From: Pirellulales bacterium
GTDB taxonomy: Bacteria; Planctomycetota; Planctomycetia; Pirellulales; JAICIG01
Assembly: GCA_040901675.1 (NCBI GenBank)
Contig: JBBDYJ010000011.1
Coordinates: 1-64,000 of the forward strand
Direction of reading: 5' to 3'
DNA length: 64,000 bases
Shown: positions 39,016-48,170 of the stretch, piece after piece
Layout: every line of letters starts with the position of its first letter
How positions within the stretch are numbered: the stretch's first letter is position 1
Position numbers and translations under genes: made by a program
The notes under the pieces: generated by a model
Databases searched by the model: none
The model's input: the letters and a program-made list of their open reading frames with translations, nothing else
Told to the model about the DNA's origin: nothing

Positions 39016-41121
39016 CTATTCCGCCGGTGTTTCGGCGGGGCTTGGCGGCGACGTGCCGTCCACGTCGCGGACGGCGTTCTTGACGCAATCGGGAAGTTCA
39101 GCCAAGGCAGAGTCGGCCACGTCGAGGCTGCCTCTCAACCGCTGGGATTTGACTTGCGTTGATCCGCCGGTCCCCGCCAGGTGGGTCCCTAGCTTGAGCA
39201 CGTCGAACAACAGGGCCCACTTGAGCTTCTCCAGATCGTTCTCCCAGCGGCGCAGCTCGGTGATTTGAGCCGGCGCTAGATGGGGCCGGGCACGGTCGCG
39301 GAAGGCCCGCAAAAACGAAAGGGCCACGTGGACTCGCCGCACGTAGGCAACGGCCTGCGAGTCGCTCAGGCCCGCCTGCCTGGGGTTCTTGGCCACGCGG
39401 TCGGCAGCCAGCGACCAGTAGTGGCTCCGCATGCCGTCGGACAGCACTTCGATGTAGGCCGGCAGCTCGTAGTTGCTGGGCCTCGCCAGGGAGAAGGGAT
39501 CTTCCTCATCGGTGAAGCCGGCGGCCATGGCCCCCAGCTCCACCCGGGCCAGTGCCATGACCCACGCCAGGCCACGGCGCACAAAATCGTCCCCCGCGTG
39601 GGAGCCTTGCTCGCTCAGCAGGCTGGGCTTGCGCTGGAGATTGCGCGCCACGTTGGTCTCGACGGCCAGCTCCGGGCGCGCGGCGATGATCTCTTCCACC
39701 ACGCGCAGCTCTTCCGGCGAAATCGCGTCCAATAGCCTGTCGAGTTGCGAGAGGGCCATCCCGTACTCGAGGTAGCCAACCAGCCGGTAGACCGAATCTT
39801 TCTTGGCCGGCTCGAGGCGGCGAGTCAGGTAGGTCTGGGTTCGCGTCTCGGTGGTGAGTGAAGCGACCGCTTCGATGTGCGGCCTGCCTCACCAGAAGAA
39901 CCCGTTCTGGCACCAGTCCTTGAAATCACGAGCGGTCTGGCTGTTGCTGGAGGTCGAAGATTGCACGCGGCGGTCTTCCCAGGCCCACCATTGGTGATGG
40001 CGCCGGTCGTAGTACATGGAGGCTGGTTGCCCCGACGAGCTTTTTTTCGCCATGGTGGTCTTCAGTCCCGGCTTGGGCAGCTCGGCCGGCATCAGCAGGG
40101 GAAACATGGCCTGGGGCGACTTCAAGGCCGCTTGCGCCTTGGCCAACCCCCACACGTCGGGACCGGCTCCGTACCGTCCGCGGAGCCACCAATGCAGACC
40201 CTCGGCCAGCCAGGTGGCCTTGAGCGTGAGATCGCCGGCCAGCTCGCGGCAGCGATCGGCATCGGCGGCGACGCGCTGGGCCAAATCGGGAGCATTCAGC
40301 GCGTCGCGGGTAAAAGGCTGGGGCGTGCCCTTCTGGCGCTTGCGGTTTTCCAGGGCCAGCAGGATCTGGTTCGAATCGCGCTTCCAGGCATAAGCAGCTT
40401 GAAAACGATCCTTGGTGAGATTGGCGTCCTCCAACACCTTCTTGGCAAGCGCCAGGCGGGCCAGGCGTATTTCCAATTCGCGTTCGGCCAGCTCGGCGAC
40501 CGCCTGGTCGAACTTCGCCGCATCCTGGGTATAGTCGCGATCGAGCACCTCGCGCTGCTGCTCGTCGAGCCTGGCGCGCCCGGAGCGCGGCACCGATCGG
40601 GCTAGTTGAGCGGTGTACTCGGCTAGCCGCTTGCCCGCCTGCAGCCGGTTGACGTCGACGTGCATGCTCCAGAGCAGCGTCTCGTAATACTCCAGGGCAC
40701 CCTCGGCGGGTGGATCCGCAATAGGGCCTCCTGCCGTTCGGGCGGCCAGGGTTTCGATCACCTGCTGTTGCAGCTCGGGCAGGATCAGAATCAGCTCGCG
40801 GGCGGAAAGCTTGGGCAGATCCTTTTCAAACCCTTGCTGCGCCATGGCCAGCCGCGCGTCGCTGAGAATGCTGGCCACCGGAGGCAGGCCTCGCTCGGAA
40901 AGCGCGTGATCGAACTGCTCCAGCCGGGCGTCGTTCAACTTACCCAGCAGCGGCGACAAGATCAGGACTGCAGAGCGGGCATCGCCGCGGAAGTAGGCGT
41001 CCGTGATCTGCCCGACCGCCTGCAGGTGCCTCTTGCTCAGCGGAACATTGGGGGCTGCCCACACTGCGGCCGCCTGTCCGTAGGCCGCCAATAAAACCAC
41101 GAGGAGACTCGCGCGTCGCAT
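39016..41121 (-). CDS. Secreted hypothetical protein, probable 701-aa selenoprotein (U411); alternatively two ORFs, 39889-41121 and 39016-39759
   Basis: A single in-frame TGA at 39891-39889 is followed by 43 sense codons running in frame into the 39759 ORF; GGUC hairpin follows the TGA. Confidence 0.7.
39860..39873 (-). promoter_or_regulatory. Putative SECIS hairpin (GAAGC-GGUC-GCUUC)
   Basis: Loop starts 20 nt after the TGA; same loop as the czcB hairpin. Confidence 0.65.
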
Positions 41122-41401
41122 TTGCCTGGCTCCTGAGGGAATGGATCCGGCCAGTTGGAAGCGGTGGTGGGGCTGAAGTTGGAGCACTTTTCGCGCCGAG
41201 GCACTGTTTACCGATGCGCTGGCGTTCGCGCCGGGGTTTCGCGCTTTGCAGGCGCTCCAGGGGCGAACGCGGAAGCATCCAACGCGCCCTCAAACGGATG
41301 TCATCTGAATCAAATTGACGTTTTCAGGCTTGTAAGTGGGACGACTGCGCCCAGTGGCCCCAGTTTTTTCCCTGGAGATTGACAGGCCGGCCCGCAGCCA
41401 T

Positions 41402-41432
41402 TATTTTGACATAGCAAAATATGTATTTTGAC
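41402..41432. promoter_or_regulatory. AT-rich operator/promoter upstream of the DUF1559 gene
   Basis: TATTTTG-N6-CAAAATA palindrome; TATTTTGAC direct repeat 22 bp apart; contains TTGACA. Confidence 0.55.
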
Positions 41433-41493
41433 TATAGAAAACTGAGTGCATAAGTCTGTCAAAAACGTCGGCCCTTTCAAAAGGAGGTCTCAG

Positions 41494-42555
41494 ATGCCTG
41501 CCACTCGGATGCGGGGCTTTACCCTGGTCGAACTGCTCGTCGTGATGACGATCGTCGCACTGCTGGCGGCCTTGTTGATACCCGCCGTCATGGCCGCTCG
41601 CGAGACCGGCCGAACCGTGCAATGCCGAAACAGCCTCCGCCAGATCGGCATGGCCATCCTCGGTTACGCCCACCAACACAACGGCGCCTATCCCACGTAC
41701 CGCTGGTATGACCCCGGCCTGCCGCACGCGATGGACTTCAATGGCGAGAAGATCTGGGTTGCTAGTCCCCGCTGGAACTTGATTATCGGACCATTCATCG
41801 AAGGCTCGCTCGACACCGACGTTCTGGATCCGGACGGCAACGGCATCGCCGACTTCGACGACGATTTTACGCCGTTCGGCAACGACGTGTTTGTCTGCCC
41901 GAATGCGATCGAACGGAACAACTCGCGCGACAGCGGCTATGGCTACAACTACCACTTCCTCGGCCATGCTCGGGTGAACCTGGCCAACGATCCCACCTTG
42001 ATCTCCGGCCCTCCTTGGATCAACTTCCCGGTCACGCAGGCGCACATCACCAACTCGTCGCAAACCGTGATGGTGGCCGACAGCTTGGGCACCGCGGCCG
42101 GCTACGCGGACAAGAATCGCGAGCCATATTCGTTCGCCTCCAAGCGCTGCAATGCCCGCGGCAACCACGCTTACAGCCTCGATCCACCAATCCCTTGGTA
42201 TGCGGATGCAGCCGGCGATCTGTTTCTCGGCAACGTCTGCGAGATGAACTGCGAACCGCCGCCGCTGGCCGCGGCCCCCAACGCCCGATTCGGCTACGGC
42301 GCCGTCGATGGCCGCCACCGCGGCCTGGCGGTGGCGGTCTTTGCCGATGGGCACGTGGCGGCCATGACGCCGGAAGACTTTGGCTACGTTATCCGGCCGG
42401 ATGGATCGTTCGCATACCACGACCTGTCGGAACTGTTCACCGATGCCAACGGAAATGGAATTCCAGAGAAGAATGAATGGAAAGCGAGCAACCGCTGGTT
42501 CAGCGGAACGGGAGCGAACCACCTGCTTCCGAAGGCACATCCCGGTTATCGTTGA
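41494..42555 (+). CDS. DUF1559 prepilin-type protein
   Basis: GFTLVELLVV..LLIPAV.AARE..QCRNSLRQIGMA; H-X9-DG motif (HRGLAVAVFADGH). Confidence 0.93.
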   Translation: MPATRMRGFTLVELLVVMTIVALLAALLIPAVMAARETGRTVQCRNSLRQIGMAILGYAHQHNGAYPTYRWYDPGLPHAMDFNGEKIWVASPRWNLIIGPFIEGSLDTDVLDPDGNGIADFDDDFTPFGNDVFVCPNAIERNNSRDSGYGYNYHFLGHARVNLANDPTLISGPPWINFPVTQAHITNSSQTVMVADSLGTAAGYADKNREPYSFASKRCNARGNHAYSLDPPIPWYADAAGDLFLGNVCEMNCEPPPLAAAPNARFGYGAVDGRHRGLAVAVFADGHVAAMTPEDFGYVIRPDGSFAYHDLSELFTDANGNGIPEKNEWKASNRWFSGTGANHLLPKAHPGYR

Positions 42556-42604
42556 AGCTTGGAACCGCGGTTGGCATGAGCCCGCTTGCGGCGAAGGGAC
42601 GGCA

Positions 42605-43321
42605 ATGGACGAGCCGCGTAATTGGCAGAGCGACTTCGCCTGCCCGGCCTGCGGCCGGCGCAGCCGTGTTGAGGTCTCGGCGATGCACTGCGTCCTGCGC
42701 TGTCCGCATTGCCGAAAGAGGCTGGTGATTGGCAAGAACGCAGTCCAGACGATCGGCCGCGGGTGGTGGAAACGTGGCCTGGCCGGCTTGGCCAGGATGG
42801 CGGCCCGCTCCGACCGCCGGCCCTCGGCCCAGCCAAGCGGCCCGACGAACACCATCCGTTCGCGGAAACGTTGGCGTGTCATCATCGCCGGCATGGTCCT
42901 GCTATCGGCCGGCGGCCTCGCCGCCGCGGCCTCCCGGCTGCTGCCGCTCGGCAACCCCTCGGCCGGCGTGGCCGACGGCCGTGAAGTCGAGGCGTGCGCC
43001 GAGCGGTTTCTGGCGGCCTGGATGGCCGGCGACCTGGAGACGGCTCAGGCCTTTGTCGCGCAAACCGACGTACCGTCGTTGCGCCAGTGGTGGGCAGCCA
43101 GCCGAGGCGGATCAAGATCGCCTGCGGGCCAGATGTCCGGCGGCCGGATCATCCACATCGAATCGACCTTGGAGGGCGGCAACCGGGCGAGAACGCGGCT
43201 TCACTTCAAGGTGAAAGGCCGGGAGCAGCAGTTGTTCCACGATTGGACCAAGGAAGCCGACGGTTGGAAGATCGACCTTGGTTCGATGCATGCGAAGAAC
43301 AGAGGAGCCGACTCCTTTTGA
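42605..43321 (+). CDS. Zinc-ribbon plus TM hypothetical protein
   Basis: CPACG..CPHC, one TM helix, NTF2-like C-terminus ending GWKID. Confidence 0.65.
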   Translation: MDEPRNWQSDFACPACGRRSRVEVSAMHCVLRCPHCRKRLVIGKNAVQTIGRGWWKRGLAGLARMAARSDRRPSAQPSGPTNTIRSRKRWRVIIAGMVLLSAGGLAAAASRLLPLGNPSAGVADGREVEACAERFLAAWMAGDLETAQAFVAQTDVPSLRQWWAASRGGSRSPAGQMSGGRIIHIESTLEGGNRARTRLHFKVKGREQQLFHDWTKEADGWKIDLGSMHAKNRGADSF

Positions 43322-43340
43322 ACGTCATGCCGCCGTAATG

Positions 43341-44225
43341 CTAGCCCTTCAGCCCCGCCGACTGCCGGCAGACCTTGGCCACGGCGGCGAAGTCCTCCCC
43401 TGCGAAGCCGTGGTTCATGGCCGCCGTGTACTGCTGGAAGGCGGCCGCCGCCACCGGCATCGGCACCTTGAGTGCTCTGGCCATTTCCAGGGCCAGCCCA
43501 ACGTCCTTGCGCATCAGCTCGGTGGTGAAGCCGGCCTGGTACTGGTCGGCCAGGACGAACTTGCGAGCGCGGGCCTCGAACATGCTCGAATTGCCGCTGG
43601 AAACCGCGACTACGTCGGCCATGGTCTCCAGGTCGGCGCCGGCGGCCTGGGCCAAGGCGAACCCCTCGCCGATCAGCGTCATGATGCCCCCGGCCATCAT
43701 CTGGTTCACGAGCTTGATCGTCTGCCCCGCGCCCAAGGGACCGACGTGGAACAGCTTGTCGCCCAAGGCCTCCAGAACCGGCCTGGCCCGCTCGAAGTCG
43801 GCCTGCGAGCCACCTGCCATGATTGCCAGCGTGGCCGCCTCGGCGCCCCAGGGCCCTCCCGAAACCGGGGCATCGAGCATGGCCATGCCGGCGTCGTTCA
43901 GCCGCGCGGCGACCTGGCGCACGGTGTCGGGCCCGATGGTGCTCATTTCGATCAACAGCTTGCCGGCGGCCGCCCCCTCGACGACGCCTGCCGGGCCCAA
44001 GGTCACCTCGAGCACCTGGGCGTCGGCCGTGACGATGGTCACCACGAACTCGGCGGCGCGTGTCACCTCGGCCGGGCTGGCTGCCTGGCGGGCGCCGGCC
44101 GCCACCAGCTCGGCCGCAGCCTCCGGCCGCCGCGCGTAGACCACCAGGCTGTGTCCCGCGGCGAGCAGATGCCTGGCCATGGGCCGCCCCATCGTTCCCA
44201 ATCCGATAAATCCGACCGTGCTCAT
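43341..44225 (-). CDS. 3-hydroxyisobutyrate dehydrogenase / tartronate semialdehyde reductase family oxidoreductase
   Basis: VGFIGLGTMG, DAPVSGG, GAGQTIKLVNQ, KD. Confidence 0.93.
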   Translation of the reverse strand: MSTVGFIGLGTMGRPMARHLLAAGHSLVVYARRPEAAAELVAAGARQAASPAEVTRAAEFVVTIVTADAQVLEVTLGPAGVVEGAAAGKLLIEMSTIGPDTVRQVAARLNDAGMAMLDAPVSGGPWGAEAATLAIMAGGSQADFERARPVLEALGDKLFHVGPLGAGQTIKLVNQMMAGGIMTLIGEGFALAQAAGADLETMADVVAVSSGNSSMFEARARKFVLADQYQAGFTTELMRKDVGLALEMARALKVPMPVAAAAFQQYTAAMNHGFAGEDFAAVAKVCRQSAGLKG

Positions 44226-44518
44226 GGATCGCTCCTCCCAGGGTTCGGCCCCGAAGATTTCGGCCCCGGCCCGCTCGCGGGTCGAGAGCTGCTCCGAGGC
44301 GGCGGCCCCACGTGTCCCGACGGGACACTTCAAACGGTTTCTCCGAACCATCCGGCGCGGCCGGATTTTCCGGCGAGCCGGCCGCGGATGCCCCTTAGTC
44401 GCGGAGCAACGGCCACTTGCGACTTGGCACCGCCCGGGGCCGTTTGCGATTTTGCGCAATCGACAGGTAGAATAGAATAGTGGAGATCGTTTCGCCATCT
44501 TTGAGGGGAGCGTCTGGC

Positions 44519-45034
44519 GTGTCGTCCGGCAACCGCATCCGCCTGCAGCGGATTCTTCGAGAGGCAGAGGGTTATCTGGAGCTGAACATGCCCCAGACCG
44601 CTCTCGATATGCTCGCTCGCATGACGGAACCGGGCACGTTCAAGGGCCAGCAGCTCTACCTGACGGGCGAGGCATTGCGGGCCCTGACCCGCTACGAGGA
44701 GGCCATCGACCCGCTCGAGCAGGCGGCCGATCTGTTGCCCAGCAACATCCACGTTTGGCTGGCGCTGGGCTGGTGCCGCAAGCGCCTGGGCCGTCTCGAC
44801 CTGGCCATCCAGGCGCTGGAGCGGGCCGAGGAAGTCGAGCCCAAGGAAGCGCTGATCCACTACAACCTGGCCTGCTACTGGAGCCTGGCCGGCAAGAAAC
44901 AGCGTGCGCTGGCCTACCTGTCGCGGGCGATTGCCATTCAGCCCAACTACCGCGAGCTGATCGGAGACGAGTCGGATTTCGACCCGATACGCTCCGACCC
45001 CGAGTTCCGCGCCCTCACTGGCATCATCGTTTGA
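44519..45034 (+). CDS. TPR-repeat protein
   Basis: EAEGYLEL, LALGWC.KR, YNLACYWSL, DFDPIR. Confidence 0.88.
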   Translation: MSSGNRIRLQRILREAEGYLELNMPQTALDMLARMTEPGTFKGQQLYLTGEALRALTRYEEAIDPLEQAADLLPSNIHVWLALGWCRKRLGRLDLAIQALERAEEVEPKEALIHYNLACYWSLAGKKQRALAYLSRAIAIQPNYRELIGDESDFDPIRSDPEFRALTGIIV

Positions 45035-45077
45035 TCAGGCCCGTCGCGAACCTGGCGCCGCACGGGCGCCGCCGCTC

Positions 45078-45602
45078 TTAGCGTCACGTGAAGCAGACGA
45101 CCGGCTGCGAACGCGGCGCCGCGGCCGGCCACCTGCCGTCCCGGTAGCCGGAAAGAGTCGCCCGCCACGACTCGTCGGAGAAATGGCCGGCCTTCGAAAA
45201 AATCACCGTCCGCCCCTCGCGGTCGATGATGGCCGTGCTGGGAAACTCCCGGGCGCGGAAGCGCCGGGCGACCTCGCGCCCATACGCCGTGGTGACGTCC
45301 ACGTGGCACAGCGTGTATTTCGCCAAGAGGTCGTCGGCGCCCCGGTCGTCACGCCGGCTGACCTGCTCGACACGCAGCCGGCGATCCGAGGAATCGTCCA
45401 GCACCACCAATAGCGGCTTGCGGGCGGCCTTGGTGGCCTCCAGGGCGGCGCCGTAGTCGGAAAACCACGTCAGCCCTTGCACGCTCTCCCGATCCGACTC
45501 GATCGCGGCGTCCAGCGACCGCGTCTCGGCGGCCAGGGCCGCTTGTGCGCCTGCAACGATGACAGCCATTGCCACAACGAAAACCCTCAACACGCGGCTC
45601 AT
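45078..45602 (-). CDS. Secreted thioredoxin-fold protein, possible selenoprotein ending CFT-U-R (ends at 45084 if TGA is a stop)
   Basis: W.SDYGAALEATKAARKPLLVV, LCHVDV, FPSTAIIDREG; no canonical CxxC. Confidence 0.8.
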
Positions 45603-45830
45603 GCTTCGACTCCTTTCCCATGTAGTTGCGTTCAAGGTCCCAGCATCCGGTTAGTGGCCGCAAGGTTAGCCCTGCTTTCCCAATCTAACAAGGGGCTCTT
45701 GCGGGGGGTGCGAGGTGGAGGTCCCGGAAAAAGTTGCAGAATCCGGGTCGCCTCGCATATCCTGGAGCCGGCTGTGGGGGTTAACGACGCTGGCCGGGTT
45801 TTTTTTGCTCCAGACGCAGCGAGGCATGGC

Positions 45831-47246
45831 ATGCTGCGCATCAACGGGCGGACCGCTCGGGTTTGCGATGGCTTTACCCGCCGCGAGGTGCTCGAAGTAG
45901 GAGGGCTGGGTGCCTTGGGCCTGATGCTCTCCGACGTCCTGCGCCTGCAAAGCCGCGCCGCCAACTCGGCTCAGCAGGCGCGGAAGGCCGACGCCTGCAT
46001 CCTGGTCTTTCTGTTCGGCGGCCCCAGCCAGATCGACACCTTCGACATGAAGCCTCTGGCGCCCTCCGAGTTTCGCGGCGAATTCCAGCCGATCGAAACC
46101 AACGTGCCGGGCATTTCGATCTGCGAACATTTCCCGCAACTGGCCGCGCAGGCCGACAAGTTCGCCATCCTGCGGTCGATGAACCACCTGCACCCGCGGC
46201 ACGGGTACGGGCTGCACTACATGTTCACCGGGCGCGAGCACCCGCGTCCCGACCTGGATGCGCCGCCCACACCTGGCGATTTTCCCTCCTTGGGCTCGCT
46301 GGTGGCGAAGCTGCAAGCGCCGCGGGCCGACTTTCCGCCGGCAGTCACGCTGCCCCGTTGGAACCGCTTTCTCGACGTTCCCAACGACTACGCCGGCGAG
46401 CTGGCCGGATTTCTCGGCAAGAACTACGACCCCTGGCTGGTGCGCGCCGAGCCGAATACCAGCGAGTTTGCCGTGTCGGGAATCGACCTGCCCGCCGGAA
46501 TGTCGATCGACCGGCTGGCCGGCCGCCGCGAGCTGTTGGACTCGATCAAGAGCCGACTGGCCCGCATCGCCGACACTGAACAGGTTGGCCAGCACGACTC
46601 GCTCTACCGCCAGGCCTTCGCCCTGGTCACGTCGCCGCAGGCGCGTGTTGCCTTCGACCTCGAGCGCGAGCCGGCCGCCCTGCGCGACCGTTACGGCCAG
46701 GGACCATTCGGCCAGGGCCTCTTGCTCTCGCGCCGGCTGGTCGAGGCCGGCGCCTCGCTGGTGACCGTCAACTGGCACGACGACGGCAGCGACGTGAAGA
46801 GTCCCTTCTGGGACACGCACAAAGACAATTTCCGCACGCTGAAAGACAAGCTGATCCCGCCCGTCGATCGCGGACTTTCCGCCCTGCTCCAAGATCTCTC
46901 GGCCCGCGGCCTGTTGGATCGAACGCTGGTGATCGTGATGGGCGAGTTCGGCCGCACCCCGCGGATCGGTCGCGTCGTGATGAACGCCGCCACCGACTCG
47001 ACCGGCCGGGATCACTGGCCTCACGCCTACTCGGTCCTCTTGGCCGGCGGCGGCGTTCGCGGCGGCCAGGTCTACGGCGCCTCGGACGACCGGGCCGCCT
47101 ACGTCGTCGACGGCAGCGTGACGCCGCCCGACCTGGTGGCCACGGTGCTCACCTGTCTGGGCATCGACACCGCCTCGCGGATCTACGATCGTCAAGGCCG
47201 CCCCCACTTCGCCTGCGAGGGCCGCCCCATCACCGGCCTGTTCTAA
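45831..47246 (+). CDS. DUF1501 domain protein
   Basis: TRRE (Tat-like), GGPSQIDTFDMKP, WDTH, GEFGRTP, GRDHWP. Confidence 0.93.
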   Translation: MLRINGRTARVCDGFTRREVLEVGGLGALGLMLSDVLRLQSRAANSAQQARKADACILVFLFGGPSQIDTFDMKPLAPSEFRGEFQPIETNVPGISICEHFPQLAAQADKFAILRSMNHLHPRHGYGLHYMFTGREHPRPDLDAPPTPGDFPSLGSLVAKLQAPRADFPPAVTLPRWNRFLDVPNDYAGELAGFLGKNYDPWLVRAEPNTSEFAVSGIDLPAGMSIDRLAGRRELLDSIKSRLARIADTEQVGQHDSLYRQAFALVTSPQARVAFDLEREPAALRDRYGQGPFGQGLLLSRRLVEAGASLVTVNWHDDGSDVKSPFWDTHKDNFRTLKDKLIPPVDRGLSALLQDLSARGLLDRTLVIVMGEFGRTPRIGRVVMNAATDSTGRDHWPHAYSVLLAGGGVRGGQVYGASDDRAAYVVDGSVTPPDLVATVLTCLGIDTASRIYDRQGRPHFACEGRPITGLF

Positions 47247-47249
47247 AGC

Positions 47250-47651
47250 CTACTTAGAAGTCGCTACCTTCAGGATCAAGGTGCTTTTCGCTGGCTCCTT
47301 GGCCGGCTTCCTCTTCTTCGGCTTCTTCGGCTTGCCCTTCTTCGGTTTCGGCGTTGCGGCTTTCACGACGATCCTGCCGCCCGCCGCCGCAAGAGCCCGT
47401 ACGAGTTGATCCAGGGATACGTCGCTGGCGGCACGCTCGATTTTGGCGATTCGAGGCTGGCTCGTCTTAAGCTTCGCTCCCAACTCTTTCTGCGATAGGT
47501 GACTGGCCTCGCGCTGCCGGCGAACGGCCAAGGCCAGCTCCACCCGTGCGACGAGCAACTGGCGCTCTTCGTCATTCATCGCCAGGAAGTCAGCGGCATC
47601 GCCGATTTTCCAACCTGCCGCTTCGAGTGCCTTGCGCTTTGCCAAGTCCAT
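47250..47651 (-). CDS. XRE-family HTH protein (HigA-like antitoxin)
   Basis: KRKALEAAGWKIGDAADFL; SQKELG..TSQPRIAKIE..VSLD. Confidence 0.85.
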   Translation of the reverse strand: MDLAKRKALEAAGWKIGDAADFLAMNDEERQLLVARVELALAVRRQREASHLSQKELGAKLKTSQPRIAKIERAASDVSLDQLVRALAAAGGRIVVKAATPKPKKGKPKKPKKRKPAKEPAKSTLILKVATSK

Positions 47652-47748
47652 CGCTGTCACCTTACCTCGCCGTTCCCTTTTTCTTGCCGCCGCTGGGCAA
47701 TCGGCCATGCGGCGCTCCGTTCGGCTTCCCAAAGGGCCGCCCAGCCGC

Positions 47749-48060
47749 CTACCAATACCAGTAAGCGCCGTAGCGCGGGTAGCTGTAGTAGGAGCTCCGG
47801 TAGGGATATCCGTAACCGCGATAGTAGCTGTAGCTGCGATACGGGGAGCCGTAGCCGCGGTAATAGCTGTAGCTGCGATACGGATAGCCGTAACCCCGAT
47901 CGTAGCTGCGGTACGGCCGGTAGTAGCTGCGGTACGGATAGTAACCGCCGCGGTAGCCGTAATAGCCCCGCCCGGGGCGACCCCAGCGCTGGGCCATCGC
48001 TTCAGTCGAGGCGGCCCAGACGGCGCCGGCCAGAACAAGGATCAATGCCAAACGTTTCAT
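47749..48060 (-). CDS. Small secreted Tyr/Arg/Gly/Ser-rich repeat protein
   Basis: Signal peptide; 13-aa YGYPYRSYSYYRG repeats; GGAGGGAG RBS. Confidence 0.8.
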   Translation of the reverse strand: MKRLALILVLAGAVWAASTEAMAQRWGRPGRGYYGYRGGYYPYRSYYRPYRSYDRGYGYPYRSYSYYRGYGSPYRSYSYYRGYGYPYRSSYYSYPRYGAYWYW

Positions 48061-48170
48061 TTGCATCTCCCTCCAGCGTTCTCGGCACCCGCGGTGTCGC
48101 GCCCAAACCCGGGTCCAACCTCAATTTTTCGCTTGAGGGCCGCCACGGGCAAGATGGCAAAGGATGGCCG

